A stretch of 64,000 bases of DNA from an uncultured Alphaproteobacteria bacterium (GTDB lineage Bacteria > Pseudomonadota > Alphaproteobacteria > MPNO01 > UBA830), in contig CAJWSW010000006.1 in the NCBI GenBank assembly GCA_913046035.1, forward strand, positions 6,493 through 70,492. Direction: 5' to 3'. Position numbers and translations under genes: made by a program. Below the pieces are notes generated by a model. It searched no databases and was not told the origin of the DNA. It worked only from the letters and a program-made list of their open reading frames with translations. This document shows positions 41,742 to 50,713 of this stretch, piece by piece (positions within the stretch are counted from its first letter, which is position 1; the number at the start of each line of letters is the position of its first letter).

Positions 41742-43603
41742 ATGTAATCCTCGTCACTATCGTCGGGGTCAAAGCTAATAAGTTCAGTCTCGTCGTCTTT
41801 GTATTTGCCAGCGAGGCAATCATGAGGCGTTGTGGGCGTGCGGTCTTCACTTTTTAAACCTGCATCGCGTTCGAGGACGTTACGAACATCGGTCACTTCG
41901 GCGCCTGGAAAAGCATCCAGCGTCTTCTGCACTAGCGGATGAGCAATCGCTGCCGCTCGTTGCTCTGCGGCAGCATCTTCACGCTTTTGTTGAAGAGTTA
42001 ACTCACCCTCCTCTTGGCTAGCTTCGACAAACCACGCGCGCCCGGTCCACTCATTCAGACGACGACTTAGATTTTGCAGGAAATCCCTTGGAGGGCCGTC
42101 GGAAACTCGAATTGATATCTTTCCGATTTCGTACTTAACCATGTGCACATTGTTTACAAGGTAGGCATGCAATAGTGGCTCGCTATTAGCCGAGAACAAA
42201 CCAACCATGTCCTCAAACGACGCGGGGAGATTCAGCTTGTCATCTTTTCCAATATCATCGGGCTCTACTTCGGTTTCAAAAGAAAGCGCAGTTGAGCCGT
42301 CAGTCGTCAACATTTGCTTCGTGGGGGCGGTTTCGGATGTTGGCGCGGGTGTGCCTATTGCCTCTGCAAGCTTGCCGCTACCTTTTGCCTCCGAAGGAGC
42401 ATCCATTTTATGATCAGTAGATGCCGCCATATCTTTTCCGAGCGATGCAATCACCTCGGCAGGCGTTGGCAGATCCGCGGCGTAAGCGATACGGACCAGC
42501 ACCATCTCTGCCGCCTGACAAGCAGATGGAGCAATCCGCAACTCGCTTATGCCCTTAAGAAGGATTTGCCATACGCGCGTCAGCGCCGACATCGGCAAAC
42601 GGGCTGATAAATCGAGTCCGCGTTTAAAATCCAAATCCGACGCCGGCGTCGCTTTAGCCGCGTCCGGAGCAGCTTTAAGACGGGTTAACCAATGAGTTAA
42701 CTCTGCAAGATCTTGCAAAATCGCCTCCGAATCAGCACCAGCTTCAAACATCGAGCCAAATAGCACCAATGCATCGGCTATATCACCGGCCATTAGGTAT
42801 TCGAACAGATCAAAAACCTGCACACGTTCTACGACCCCCAACATTTCCCGGACGGTATCTTCACTGATCTCTGTTTCCGGGCCACTGTGCGCAATTGCTT
42901 GGTCCAGCAGCGACAAACCATCACGTACGGAGCCGTCAGCAGCACGCGCAATGAGGCCAATAGCACCCGGCGCAATATTGGCGTTCTCCTTACTGGACAA
43001 TTCAGTAAAGTGATCCACTAAAACCTGAAATTTTACCCGGCGTAAATCAAACCTCTGGCATCGTGACAGTACCGTAACCGGCACGCGTCGAATTTCCGTG
43101 GTTGCAAAGATAAATTTCACGTGCTCTGGAGGTTCTTCAAGTGTTTTCAGGAGAGCATTGAAAGCATTTCGAGAGAGCATGTGCACTTCGTCAATAATGT
43201 ATACTTTGTAACGCGCTGATACTGGCCGATAGAGCACCCCATCGATAAGTTCGCGGATGTCATCAACACCGGTGCGACTGGCGGCGTCCATCTCCATTAC
43301 ATCGACATGACGGTCCTCAGTGATGGATAGGCAGTTTTCGCAAACACCACATGGAGCGGAAGTCGCCCCGCCGTTTCCATCGGGTCCGATGCAGTTCAAA
43401 GCTTTGGCGATAATTCGTGCAGTGGTCGTTTTCCCAACCCCTCGCACTCCGGTCAGGATGAAAGCATGCGCCAAACGCCCCAATGCGATTGCGTTTGACA
43501 GGGTTTGAACCATCGCCTCCTGGCCAATCAGCGAATCAAAATCGCTCGGCCGGTATTTGCGCGCCAAGACTCGATAAGGTTGGGTGCTGGGGTTATCTGC
43601 CAT
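41738..43603 (-). CDS. dnaX: DNA polymerase III subunits gamma/tau
   Basis: AAA+ clamp-loader motifs (GVRGVGKTT, zinc module CGVCENC, SRC). The likely start is ATG 43603 (MADNPSTQPYRVLARKYRP...); the track entry extends to 43633. Confidence 0.9.
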   Translation of the reverse strand: MADNPSTQPYRVLARKYRPSDFDSLIGQEAMVQTLSNAIALGRLAHAFILTGVRGVGKTTTARIIAKALNCIGPDGNGGATSAPCGVCENCLSITEDRHVDVMEMDAASRTGVDDIRELIDGVLYRPVSARYKVYIIDEVHMLSRNAFNALLKTLEEPPEHVKFIFATTEIRRVPVTVLSRCQRFDLRRVKFQVLVDHFTELSSKENANIAPGAIGLIARAADGSVRDGLSLLDQAIAHSGPETEISEDTVREMLGVVERVQVFDLFEYLMAGDIADALVLFGSMFEAGADSEAILQDLAELTHWLTRLKAAPDAAKATPASDLDFKRGLDLSARLPMSALTRVWQILLKGISELRIAPSACQAAEMVLVRIAYAADLPTPAEVIASLGKDMAASTDHKMDAPSEAKGSGKLAEAIGTPAPTSETAPTKQMLTTDGSTALSFETEVEPDDIGKDDKLNLPASFEDMVGLFSANSEPLLHAYLVNNVHMVKYEIGKISIRVSDGPPRDFLQNLSRRLNEWTGRAWFVEASQEEGELTLQQKREDAAAEQRAAAIAHPLVQKTLDAFPGAEVTDVRNVLERDAGLKSEDRTPTTPHDCLAGKYKDDETELISFDPDDSDEDYI

Positions 43604-43677
43604 TTCGAGTTTTTCGGTTCTCCGTAGTGACACGATGCGCAGCGCGCCATGCCTTTTTCTGTGGAAAAGACAATTAA

Positions 43678-43777
43678 GGGTGGGAGCCTGGTGAGGCGAC
43701 CCGGAAAAATCTCGTTACGGCTGCTTCCTTCCGGACCTGACCGGGTTGGCGAGCAATCCGTCCGCCACCAGACTCCC
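43678..43777 (-). ncRNA. ffs: signal recognition particle RNA (small / 4.5S type)
   Basis: Minus strand reads GGGAGUCUGGUGGCGGACGGAUUGCUCGCCAACCCGGUCAGGUCCGGAAGGAAGCAGCCGUAACGAGAUUUUUCCGGGUCGCCUCACCAGGCUCCCACCC. It contains the invariant domain IV core GGUCAGGUCCGGAAGGAAGCAGCC and complementary 5'/3' ends (GGGAGUCUGGUG / CACCAGGCUCCC). Located directly upstream of dnaX, as in many bacteria. Confidence 0.85.
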
Positions 43778-43993
43778 ATTTGCAGTATATCAGTTCCGAC
43801 GCTTGGACCAAACCCAACTTATCTATTCGCAAATTGAGAGGAGCTGTACGCCAGTTGCTAATATTTACATGACCGATCTCGCATGGCCTGTCGCAGCATT
43901 CTTCCCTGAAACAAGGGGATGAGAATTCGCGATGCATTGGCGAACTCCGAGCATAGATTGCACCGCCTGCAGCGGTGTGCGAGTACTATCGTT

Positions 43994-44905
43994 ATGAAAG
44001 GTGCCAATTATTATGTAGACGGAGGCTTGGACCGAGCATCACACCTCCGGACCGATGAAACATGGGTGGCCTCACAACTCTGCGCAGACCGAACCTGCTT
44101 TATACCTATTTGGAGAACTCGCAATCTCGTCGCCAATCGGAGCGAGCCCCGCGGCGTTATGCTCACGAGAGCAAGGGCCCGGCACTTGCTTGACATTTCA
44201 AGCACCAAAGTTCTGCTCGGCCTCCGCAACAAGATCGCGTATTTCGCTATCGATATATCCGAAGTCGAAAAACAAGAAGTGGAGGATCTTCACGAAAACA
44301 GCGAGCTCGTGGATTTACGATCGGTCGGAGCCGTCATGGAGCGGTCAGAGGCGTCGATATTGGCCTACGCCAAAGGAATAGTCTACTGGCACACTCGCCA
44401 TATTCATTGCGGCGTCTGCGGGAGTCCGACGGAAAGCCGCGATGCCGGACATCTGCGTAAATGTCTGAACCGCGACTGCGGCGCATCCCATTTTCCTCGC
44501 ACCGATCCAGCGGTGATCATGCTAGTTTCAAAGGGCGATCGAGCATTACTGGGCCGTAAAGCGGAATGGGTAGAGGGAATGTACTCGACGCTAGCCGGCT
44601 TTGTTGAGCCGGGGGAAAGCTTGGAGCAGGCAGTGGCTCGAGAGGTTTTGGAAGAATCAGGGGTTAAGATCTCAAACATTCGTTACCACTCATCCCAACC
44701 ATGGCCGTTCCCAGCATCGCTTATGCTCGGTTTCTTCGCCGACGCGGTAACCGAAGATCTAGTGCGGAGCGAGGAGGAGTTGGAGGATTTGCGATGGTTT
44801 ACGAGGCAAGAACTCGCCAACGGCGGTGCAGGAATCGCTATGCGCCCTCGCTCGGATTCTATTGCGCGTCAGTTAATAGACGAATGGATCCGAATGGGAG
44901 ACTAA
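43994..44905 (+). CDS. nudC: NAD(+) diphosphatase NudC (NADH pyrophosphatase)
   Basis: C4 zinc ribbon CGVCGSPT...CLNRDCG followed by the Nudix box GFVEPGESLEQAVAREVLEESGV. The likely start is ATG 43994 (MKGANYYVDGG...). Confidence 0.8.
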   Translation: MKGANYYVDGGLDRASHLRTDETWVASQLCADRTCFIPIWRTRNLVANRSEPRGVMLTRARARHLLDISSTKVLLGLRNKIAYFAIDISEVEKQEVEDLHENSELVDLRSVGAVMERSEASILAYAKGIVYWHTRHIHCGVCGSPTESRDAGHLRKCLNRDCGASHFPRTDPAVIMLVSKGDRALLGRKAEWVEGMYSTLAGFVEPGESLEQAVAREVLEESGVKISNIRYHSSQPWPFPASLMLGFFADAVTEDLVRSEEELEDLRWFTRQELANGGAGIAMRPRSDSIARQLIDEWIRMGD

Positions 44906-44932
44906 TTGCTCCTTTCCGCCATCCTCCCCAGC

Positions 44933-45808
44933 TTATTTTTTACGAAACCGAAAAGGATCAGCAGGATAGGTACCCAAAACCCTTATTTCATGGGTGAAAA
45001 ATTTTAACTCTTCCAGGGCACGACGAAGTGACGCATCCCGAGGATCACCCTCAACATCGGCGTAGAACTGTGTTGCTACGAAGTCTCCATCAACCATGTA
45101 GCTTTCAAGTTTTGTCATATTGATTCCATTAGTCGCAAAACCGCCCATCGCCTTAAACAGCGCGGCTGGCACGTTACGCACCTGGAAGACAAAGCTTGTG
45201 ACAACAGGATCACCGTTACGTTTTGGACGGACAGGTTTGCGCGACATCACCACAAAGCGTGTGGTGTTATGCTGTGCGTCTTCGACGCTGGCGCGTATAG
45301 ACACCAAACCGTTCACCTCCCCCGCTAGTTCTGACGCGATCGCGGCATCAGTAATGTCGCCTACTGTTGCTATGTCAGCGGCCGCACCGGCGGTATCAGC
45401 ATGCACCACTGGCTCCAATTTGTGTTTCCGAAGAAATTTCCCGCACTGACCTAGCGCCATCACGTGACTGTGCACCCGCCGAATAGTTCTTAGGGTCGCA
45501 CCTTTTGGTGCAAGAAGGTGGTGATTTACTCGGAGGAATCGCTCGCCAATGATATAAAGACCTGAGTCAGGCATGATTTGATGGATATCTGGAACCCGTC
45601 CGGCTACCGAGTTTTCTATCGGGATCATCGCAAGCTTCGCATGGCCTTCTCGCACTGCCTCTAAGGTGTCTTCGAAGCTAGGCGTAGGAAGCGGCGTCAT
45701 CTTTGGAAAATATTTGCGACAAGCAAGGTGCGAATAAGCTCCAAGCTGGCCCTGAAAAACGATCGTGCGAGACGGTGAGGCGGATTGTGATTTTTTTCGA
45801 GCGGCCAT
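44933..45808 (-). CDS. pheA: prephenate dehydratase
   Basis: 291 aa with a PDT domain (IVFQGQLGAYSHLA...TRF) plus a C-terminal ACT domain. Confidence 0.85.
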   Translation of the reverse strand: MAARKKSQSASPSRTIVFQGQLGAYSHLACRKYFPKMTPLPTPSFEDTLEAVREGHAKLAMIPIENSVAGRVPDIHQIMPDSGLYIIGERFLRVNHHLLAPKGATLRTIRRVHSHVMALGQCGKFLRKHKLEPVVHADTAGAAADIATVGDITDAAIASELAGEVNGLVSIRASVEDAQHNTTRFVVMSRKPVRPKRNGDPVVTSFVFQVRNVPAALFKAMGGFATNGINMTKLESYMVDGDFVATQFYADVEGDPRDASLRRALEELKFFTHEIRVLGTYPADPFRFRKK

Positions 45809-45847
45809 GGCCTCGTTCCGTACAAGTCAACTGCGACTCAATAAGTT

Positions 45848-46606
45848 TCAGCGTGGATCGGTAGCAAGTATAGATTTTGCCCGATCAAGGTCCTCGAGAG
45901 TATCGACACCGAGTGGAACGGTGTCAACGACCGCTACATCGATGCGCATGCCATCCTCCAGCGCCCGCAGCTGCTCTAACTGTTCTAACGTCTCTAATCG
46001 ACCTGGCGGCAATGAGACAAATCGGTCAAGTGCTGCGCGCCGAAATGCGTACAAACCGAGGTGATGATATTGCGGGCCATCCGGTGAAGACGGCACCGGT
46101 GCACGGCTGAAATAAAGTGCCCGACCAATCCGCGCTGAGTCCTTTTTCAGAGCAATTACCGCCTTCACAACATTAGGGTCGGTGCGTTCTCGGTCTTGGG
46201 TTATTTGCACGGCCAAGGTCGTGATATCAACCTCTGGGGTGTCGAATGGATCTAGTATCGTAGCAATCAAACGGGGTTCTATTGTTGGCAAATCACCTTG
46301 AACGTTAATGATCACATTATAAATCTTCTCGGGGTCATAGCTTTCGAGCGCCTGATGCACTCTATCCGACCCGCTAGGCAGGTTAGGATTTGTCATGACC
46401 ACTTTACCTCCTGCCGCAGCGACAGCATCCGCTATCGCCTGATCTCCAGCTGCAACTAAGACAGGGCCTATGTTAGCCTCAACTGCACGTCGCCAAACGT
46501 GGACGATCATAGGCTTACCGTGAATATCTGCTAACGGCTTATTCGGAAAGCGTGTCGCAGCAAGCCGCGCAGGAATGACAACAATTGGGTTTAGGGATGT
46601 TTTCAT
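45848..46606 (-). CDS. kdsB: 3-deoxy-manno-octulosonate cytidylyltransferase (CMP-Kdo synthetase)
   Basis: IVVIPARLAATRFPNKPLADIHGKPMI N-terminus typical of KdsB. Likely start ATG 46606; the track entry is extended to 46732. Confidence 0.85.
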   Translation of the reverse strand: MKTSLNPIVVIPARLAATRFPNKPLADIHGKPMIVHVWRRAVEANIGPVLVAAGDQAIADAVAAAGGKVVMTNPNLPSGSDRVHQALESYDPEKIYNVIINVQGDLPTIEPRLIATILDPFDTPEVDITTLAVQITQDRERTDPNVVKAVIALKKDSARIGRALYFSRAPVPSSPDGPQYHHLGLYAFRRAALDRFVSLPPGRLETLEQLEQLRALEDGMRIDVAVVDTVPLGVDTLEDLDRAKSILATDPR

Positions 46607-46779
46607 GATTGCAGGTCGATAGAACGAAACCAAATAAATAAGTGCGACATTATACCCCTTGAAGCTCGGTGGAAATGGCGGTCTTTTAACGTGGTAATCA
46701 AACGGTTCATTGTGAAATGTGTCGGTCCGCACAGTTTACCTGTTGGGTTACAATATTCTAATCCGAGCGGAAGCCCCAA

Positions 46780-47817
46780 ATGTCGTCTTTCGAACTTAAC
46801 AAGGTTATTGGTGCACTGCTGCTTGCCGTTTTGACTGTGGTAGTGATCGGCAAGCTGGGCGACAATCTAGTCGCGAGTGATGACAGCCACGACACCAAGC
46901 ACGCTGATAAGAAAGTCGTCACGGCAGCGGCTGTGCCTGCAGTACCGAAAAAACCCGAACCACTCGTGCCAATATTAGGGTTACTTGCGTCTGCGGACGC
47001 TGCTGCAGGGAAAAAAGTTTTTAAGAAATGCGCGTCATGTCACAAAATTGGAAAAGACGCAAAAAATGGTGTCGGTCCCCGAATATGGAACTTGGTAGGA
47101 TCTAATCGTGGCACCGTCCCTGGTTTTGGGTATTCAGATGCGATGAAGTCCAAAAAAGGTAACTGGACATACGAAAGCTTGAATGCTTTCCTTGCCAAAC
47201 CGAAGCGATACATCCCTGGAACCCGGATGCAGTTTGGCGGTGTGAAAAAAGTTTCAGATCGAGCCAACTTGGTTGCCTATCTACGTAGCGCATCGGACAG
47301 CCCAGCACCGTTACCGTCAAAGTCTGAGATTGATGCAGTCATGAAGTCTTTAAACGAAGCAAGGGCTGCTGAGGATTTATCCGTTACACAGAACGCTACA
47401 GAAGCAAAACTCCAAATACAAATCACTCAAAAGCCCGTAGCGTCGCCGATGAAAGCAGAAATGGATCTAGCTAAAATGCTAGCGGCCGCAGATGTTGATA
47501 AAGGGAAGCGCGTTTTCAACAAATGCAAGTCCTGCCACACGGCCGAAAAAGGCGGAAAGAAAAAAATTGGCCCCAACATGTGGGGAATTGTCAATAAACC
47601 CATAGCTTCAACAGATGGCTTCTCCTATTCTTCGGCTCTTAAATCCCTATCCGACAAAAGCTGGAGTTATGAAAATTTAAACGCGTTTCTTTTGAAACCG
47701 CGGGACTTTTCTAAGGGCACAAAAATGACCTTTGCCGGCCTCAAAAAAGAGAGCGACCGGGTAAATGTGATCGCCTATCTACGTAGTCTTAGTGAGAACC
47801 CAGTTCCGCTTCCGTAA
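46780..47817 (+). CDS. membrane-anchored diheme cytochrome c (two tandem class-I / c2-like domains)
   Basis: N-terminal TM anchor (VIGALLLAVLTVVVIG), then two repeats each with CXXCH (CASCHK, CKSCHT) and a distal Met context (GTRMQFGG / GTKMTFAG). Each repeat ends in a YLRS(A/L)S motif. Confidence 0.8.
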   Translation: MSSFELNKVIGALLLAVLTVVVIGKLGDNLVASDDSHDTKHADKKVVTAAAVPAVPKKPEPLVPILGLLASADAAAGKKVFKKCASCHKIGKDAKNGVGPRIWNLVGSNRGTVPGFGYSDAMKSKKGNWTYESLNAFLAKPKRYIPGTRMQFGGVKKVSDRANLVAYLRSASDSPAPLPSKSEIDAVMKSLNEARAAEDLSVTQNATEAKLQIQITQKPVASPMKAEMDLAKMLAAADVDKGKRVFNKCKSCHTAEKGGKKKIGPNMWGIVNKPIASTDGFSYSSALKSLSDKSWSYENLNAFLLKPRDFSKGTKMTFAGLKKESDRVNVIAYLRSLSENPVPLP

Positions 47818-47962
47818 ACATAATTTGATGGCATGCCCAATCGGTTTATGGCGTTCGCTGAATTGTGTGTACTAAAAAAGCACTCCCCACCTATTCCAAT
47901 GCGGAGCTCCGGTTTAAGCTAAAAACCTTTAAAAGAGCCTTGATTCGCGAGAAACTTCTACG

Positions 47963-48742
47963 ATGCTTCCATCGTCCGCATCCAGCCTTATTACGCTTGC
48001 TAACCGACTTGCAGACTCCAGCGGTGCAATTATCCGGCCCTATTTTCGCGAACAAATCCCCGTCGATGTTAAGATAGATGCCTCACCGGTGACAGTCGCC
48101 GACCGCGAGGCGGAAAAGGCAATCAGAACAATATTAATGGAGGCTCGACCACAGGACGGGATTATTGGAGAAGAATTCCAGAACGAAAACACTGACGCCG
48201 AGCATGTTTGGGTGATCGATCCGATTGACGGAACGAAATCTTTTATTTCAGGGCGACCGATATTCGGTACACTAATTGCTCTAACGTGGAATGGAATGCC
48301 GGTGTTAGGCGTCATTGACCAGCCAATAAGCGGCGAACGCTGGATCGGGTTACGAAACCATGGGGCATCGCTCAGCGGCACGCCAATACAAACACGCGAG
48401 TGCTCCTCTCTGGCTGACGCCACTATCGGCACAACAGCACCAGACCTTTTTGATGCCGATGGCCGGCAGAGCTGGCAACGCGCAGCTAAGGCGGCGAGAC
48501 ACGTGGTTTATGGAGGTGATTGCTATACTTATGCTCTAGTCGCGAGTGGACTAGTCGACGCAGTTATTGAATCGGGCCTCCAGGCATACGACTTTGCAGC
48601 ACTCTCTCCCATAATAGAGGAAGCCGGCGGAATCGCTTCTGACTGGGAAGGAAACCCGTTGACGCTCTCTTCAGATGGGCATGTCATCGCCTGCGGCGAT
48701 CGCCGAGTGCACGCAGAACTGCTCGAATTGATTTCCGGTTAA
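47963..48742 (+). CDS. inositol-monophosphatase-family phosphatase (HisN-type histidinol-phosphatase candidate)
   Basis: 259 aa with IMPase motifs (VIDPIDGTKSF, WDFAA-like C-terminal region). Confidence 0.7.
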   Translation: MLPSSASSLITLANRLADSSGAIIRPYFREQIPVDVKIDASPVTVADREAEKAIRTILMEARPQDGIIGEEFQNENTDAEHVWVIDPIDGTKSFISGRPIFGTLIALTWNGMPVLGVIDQPISGERWIGLRNHGASLSGTPIQTRECSSLADATIGTTAPDLFDADGRQSWQRAAKAARHVVYGGDCYTYALVASGLVDAVIESGLQAYDFAALSPIIEEAGGIASDWEGNPLTLSSDGHVIACGDRRVHAELLELISG

Positions 48743-48847
48743 TACTACTGGTTCCTTCGGCGTATATACTTTTTATTAAAACACTTGCCCCATCGCGCAA
48801 ATTACCCAGTTTTAGGTGTCTTAATAGATTATTGAGAAACGACCGTC

Positions 48848-50677
48848 ATGAAACTTATAGCGACCACAATCGCCTCCATCCTTATTGCAGTTCCGGCCCT
48901 CGCTGGAGATAAGACGCCAAACGTAAATATTAGCCATGGCCTAACACTACTCGAAAATCTCAAATATCCGCCAGATTTCAGGCACTTTGACTATGTAAAC
49001 CCCAACGCACCGAAGGGCGGTGTATTGAGACGATATAGCATCGGAACCTTTGACAGCTTTAACCCATACATAATCAAGGGTAATCCGACAGGCGCGGTCG
49101 GCATGGTTTTTCAAACCTTGATGGACACCCCGATGGACGAGGTTTCAGCCGGGTACGGTCAAATAGCTGAAAGCGTTGAGGTGGCTAATGATCTGTCTTA
49201 CACCACCTTTAATCTGCGCAAGAGCGCGCGATTCCATGACGGCACGGCGATTACTGCTGACGATGTAATCTGGACATTTAGAGCATTGAAAAAAGATGGT
49301 CGCCCATTTTACCGTTTTTATTACAAGAATATTGCCAGGGCGGTGAAACTTGGTGAACATAAAGTTAAGTTTGAGTTTACTGGCCCTCCTAATCGCGAGC
49401 TGCCACACATTACTGGTCAGTTACCGGTGTTATCCAAAAAGTGGTGGTCAGAGAGAGACTTCTCAAAAACTTTACTCGAACCTCCGATGGGGAGCGGTCC
49501 CTATCGCATCGTCAAATTCGAGGCGGGGCGGTACGTTAAACTGGAGCGGCTCAAAGATTGGTGGGGCGAAAATTTACCAGTAAACCTCGGCCGCAACAAT
49601 TTTGACCACATCCGCATCGATTATTACCGCGATCAGACAGTGGCACTTGAAGCTTTCAAGTCGGGACGTTACGACCTCCGAAGCGAAAATACATCGCTAA
49701 CTTGGGCAACTGGCTACGATTTTCCCGCTCGTCGAGACGGGTACGTCAAATTAGATGAAGTGCAGCATGCCCGACCAACGGGCATGCAGGCATTCGTTTT
49801 CAATACCCGAAAGCCAATCTTCAAAGACCTCGAATTACGGCGTGCCATTGCTTATGCATTCGATTTTGAGTGGTCTAATAAAAACCTATTCTTTGGCCAG
49901 TATGCTCGCACTAAAAGCTTCTTTTCAAATTCAGAGCTTGCAGCGACAAATCTTCCATCGAAGGAGGAGCTTGTTTTTTTGAAACCCTGGCGCGACAAAA
50001 TTCCCGCTCAAGTTTTCACGCAAATCTATGATCCACCTGCCTCTGATGGTTCTGGAAATATACGTCGCAACTTGCGCATGGCGTTGAGAATTTTAAAGGG
50101 CGCTGGCTATAAAATTAAAGAGAATAAAGCGATATCCCCGCGAACGGGAGCTGCGGTCAAATTCGAGATACTGCTCGTTAGTCCTGCCTTTGAGCGCATC
50201 GCTACTCCGTTCGTGAAGAACCTCTCTCGTCTTGGTATCGAGGCGAACATTCGAACTGTTGATCAGTCACAATACATAAATAGAGTTCGGTCGTTCGACT
50301 TTGACATGATCGTGTCCACCTTCGGACAATCAGAGTCCCCTGGCAATGAACAACGAGATTACTGGAGCTCGGCTGCCGCCGAAAGGGCGGGTGGTCGCAA
50401 TGTGATAGGAATCAAGGACCCAGCGATCGACTCTTTAATAGAAAATGTTGTGAACGCTAAAAACAGAAAGTCGTTAATACACGCGACACGAGCACTTGAC
50501 CGGGTTTTGCTATGGAGTCATTTCGTTGTCCCCCAATGGCATGTACGGAAAGATCGCATAGCCTATTGGAATCGCTTCGGCATCCCCAAACACCCCAAAT
50601 ACGGTCCGGACACGATGAGTTGGTGGATAGATCCTGCAATGGACGCAGCACTAAAAAACAGAGGGAAAAAGCGTTAA
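48848..50677 (+). CDS. yejA: ABC transporter substrate-binding protein, family 5 (YejA-like) paralog 1
   Basis: 609 aa with signal peptide and a cluster-C SBP fold. First gene of a yejA-yejA-yejB-yejE-yejF arrangement. Confidence 0.8.
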   Translation: MKLIATTIASILIAVPALAGDKTPNVNISHGLTLLENLKYPPDFRHFDYVNPNAPKGGVLRRYSIGTFDSFNPYIIKGNPTGAVGMVFQTLMDTPMDEVSAGYGQIAESVEVANDLSYTTFNLRKSARFHDGTAITADDVIWTFRALKKDGRPFYRFYYKNIARAVKLGEHKVKFEFTGPPNRELPHITGQLPVLSKKWWSERDFSKTLLEPPMGSGPYRIVKFEAGRYVKLERLKDWWGENLPVNLGRNNFDHIRIDYYRDQTVALEAFKSGRYDLRSENTSLTWATGYDFPARRDGYVKLDEVQHARPTGMQAFVFNTRKPIFKDLELRRAIAYAFDFEWSNKNLFFGQYARTKSFFSNSELAATNLPSKEELVFLKPWRDKIPAQVFTQIYDPPASDGSGNIRRNLRMALRILKGAGYKIKENKAISPRTGAAVKFEILLVSPAFERIATPFVKNLSRLGIEANIRTVDQSQYINRVRSFDFDMIVSTFGQSESPGNEQRDYWSSAAAERAGGRNVIGIKDPAIDSLIENVVNAKNRKSLIHATRALDRVLLWSHFVVPQWHVRKDRIAYWNRFGIPKHPKYGPDTMSWWIDPAMDAALKNRGKKR

Positions 50678-50713
50678 CACCCGCGCGTCCGAGCAGCTTA
50701 GTATGTTTTAATT

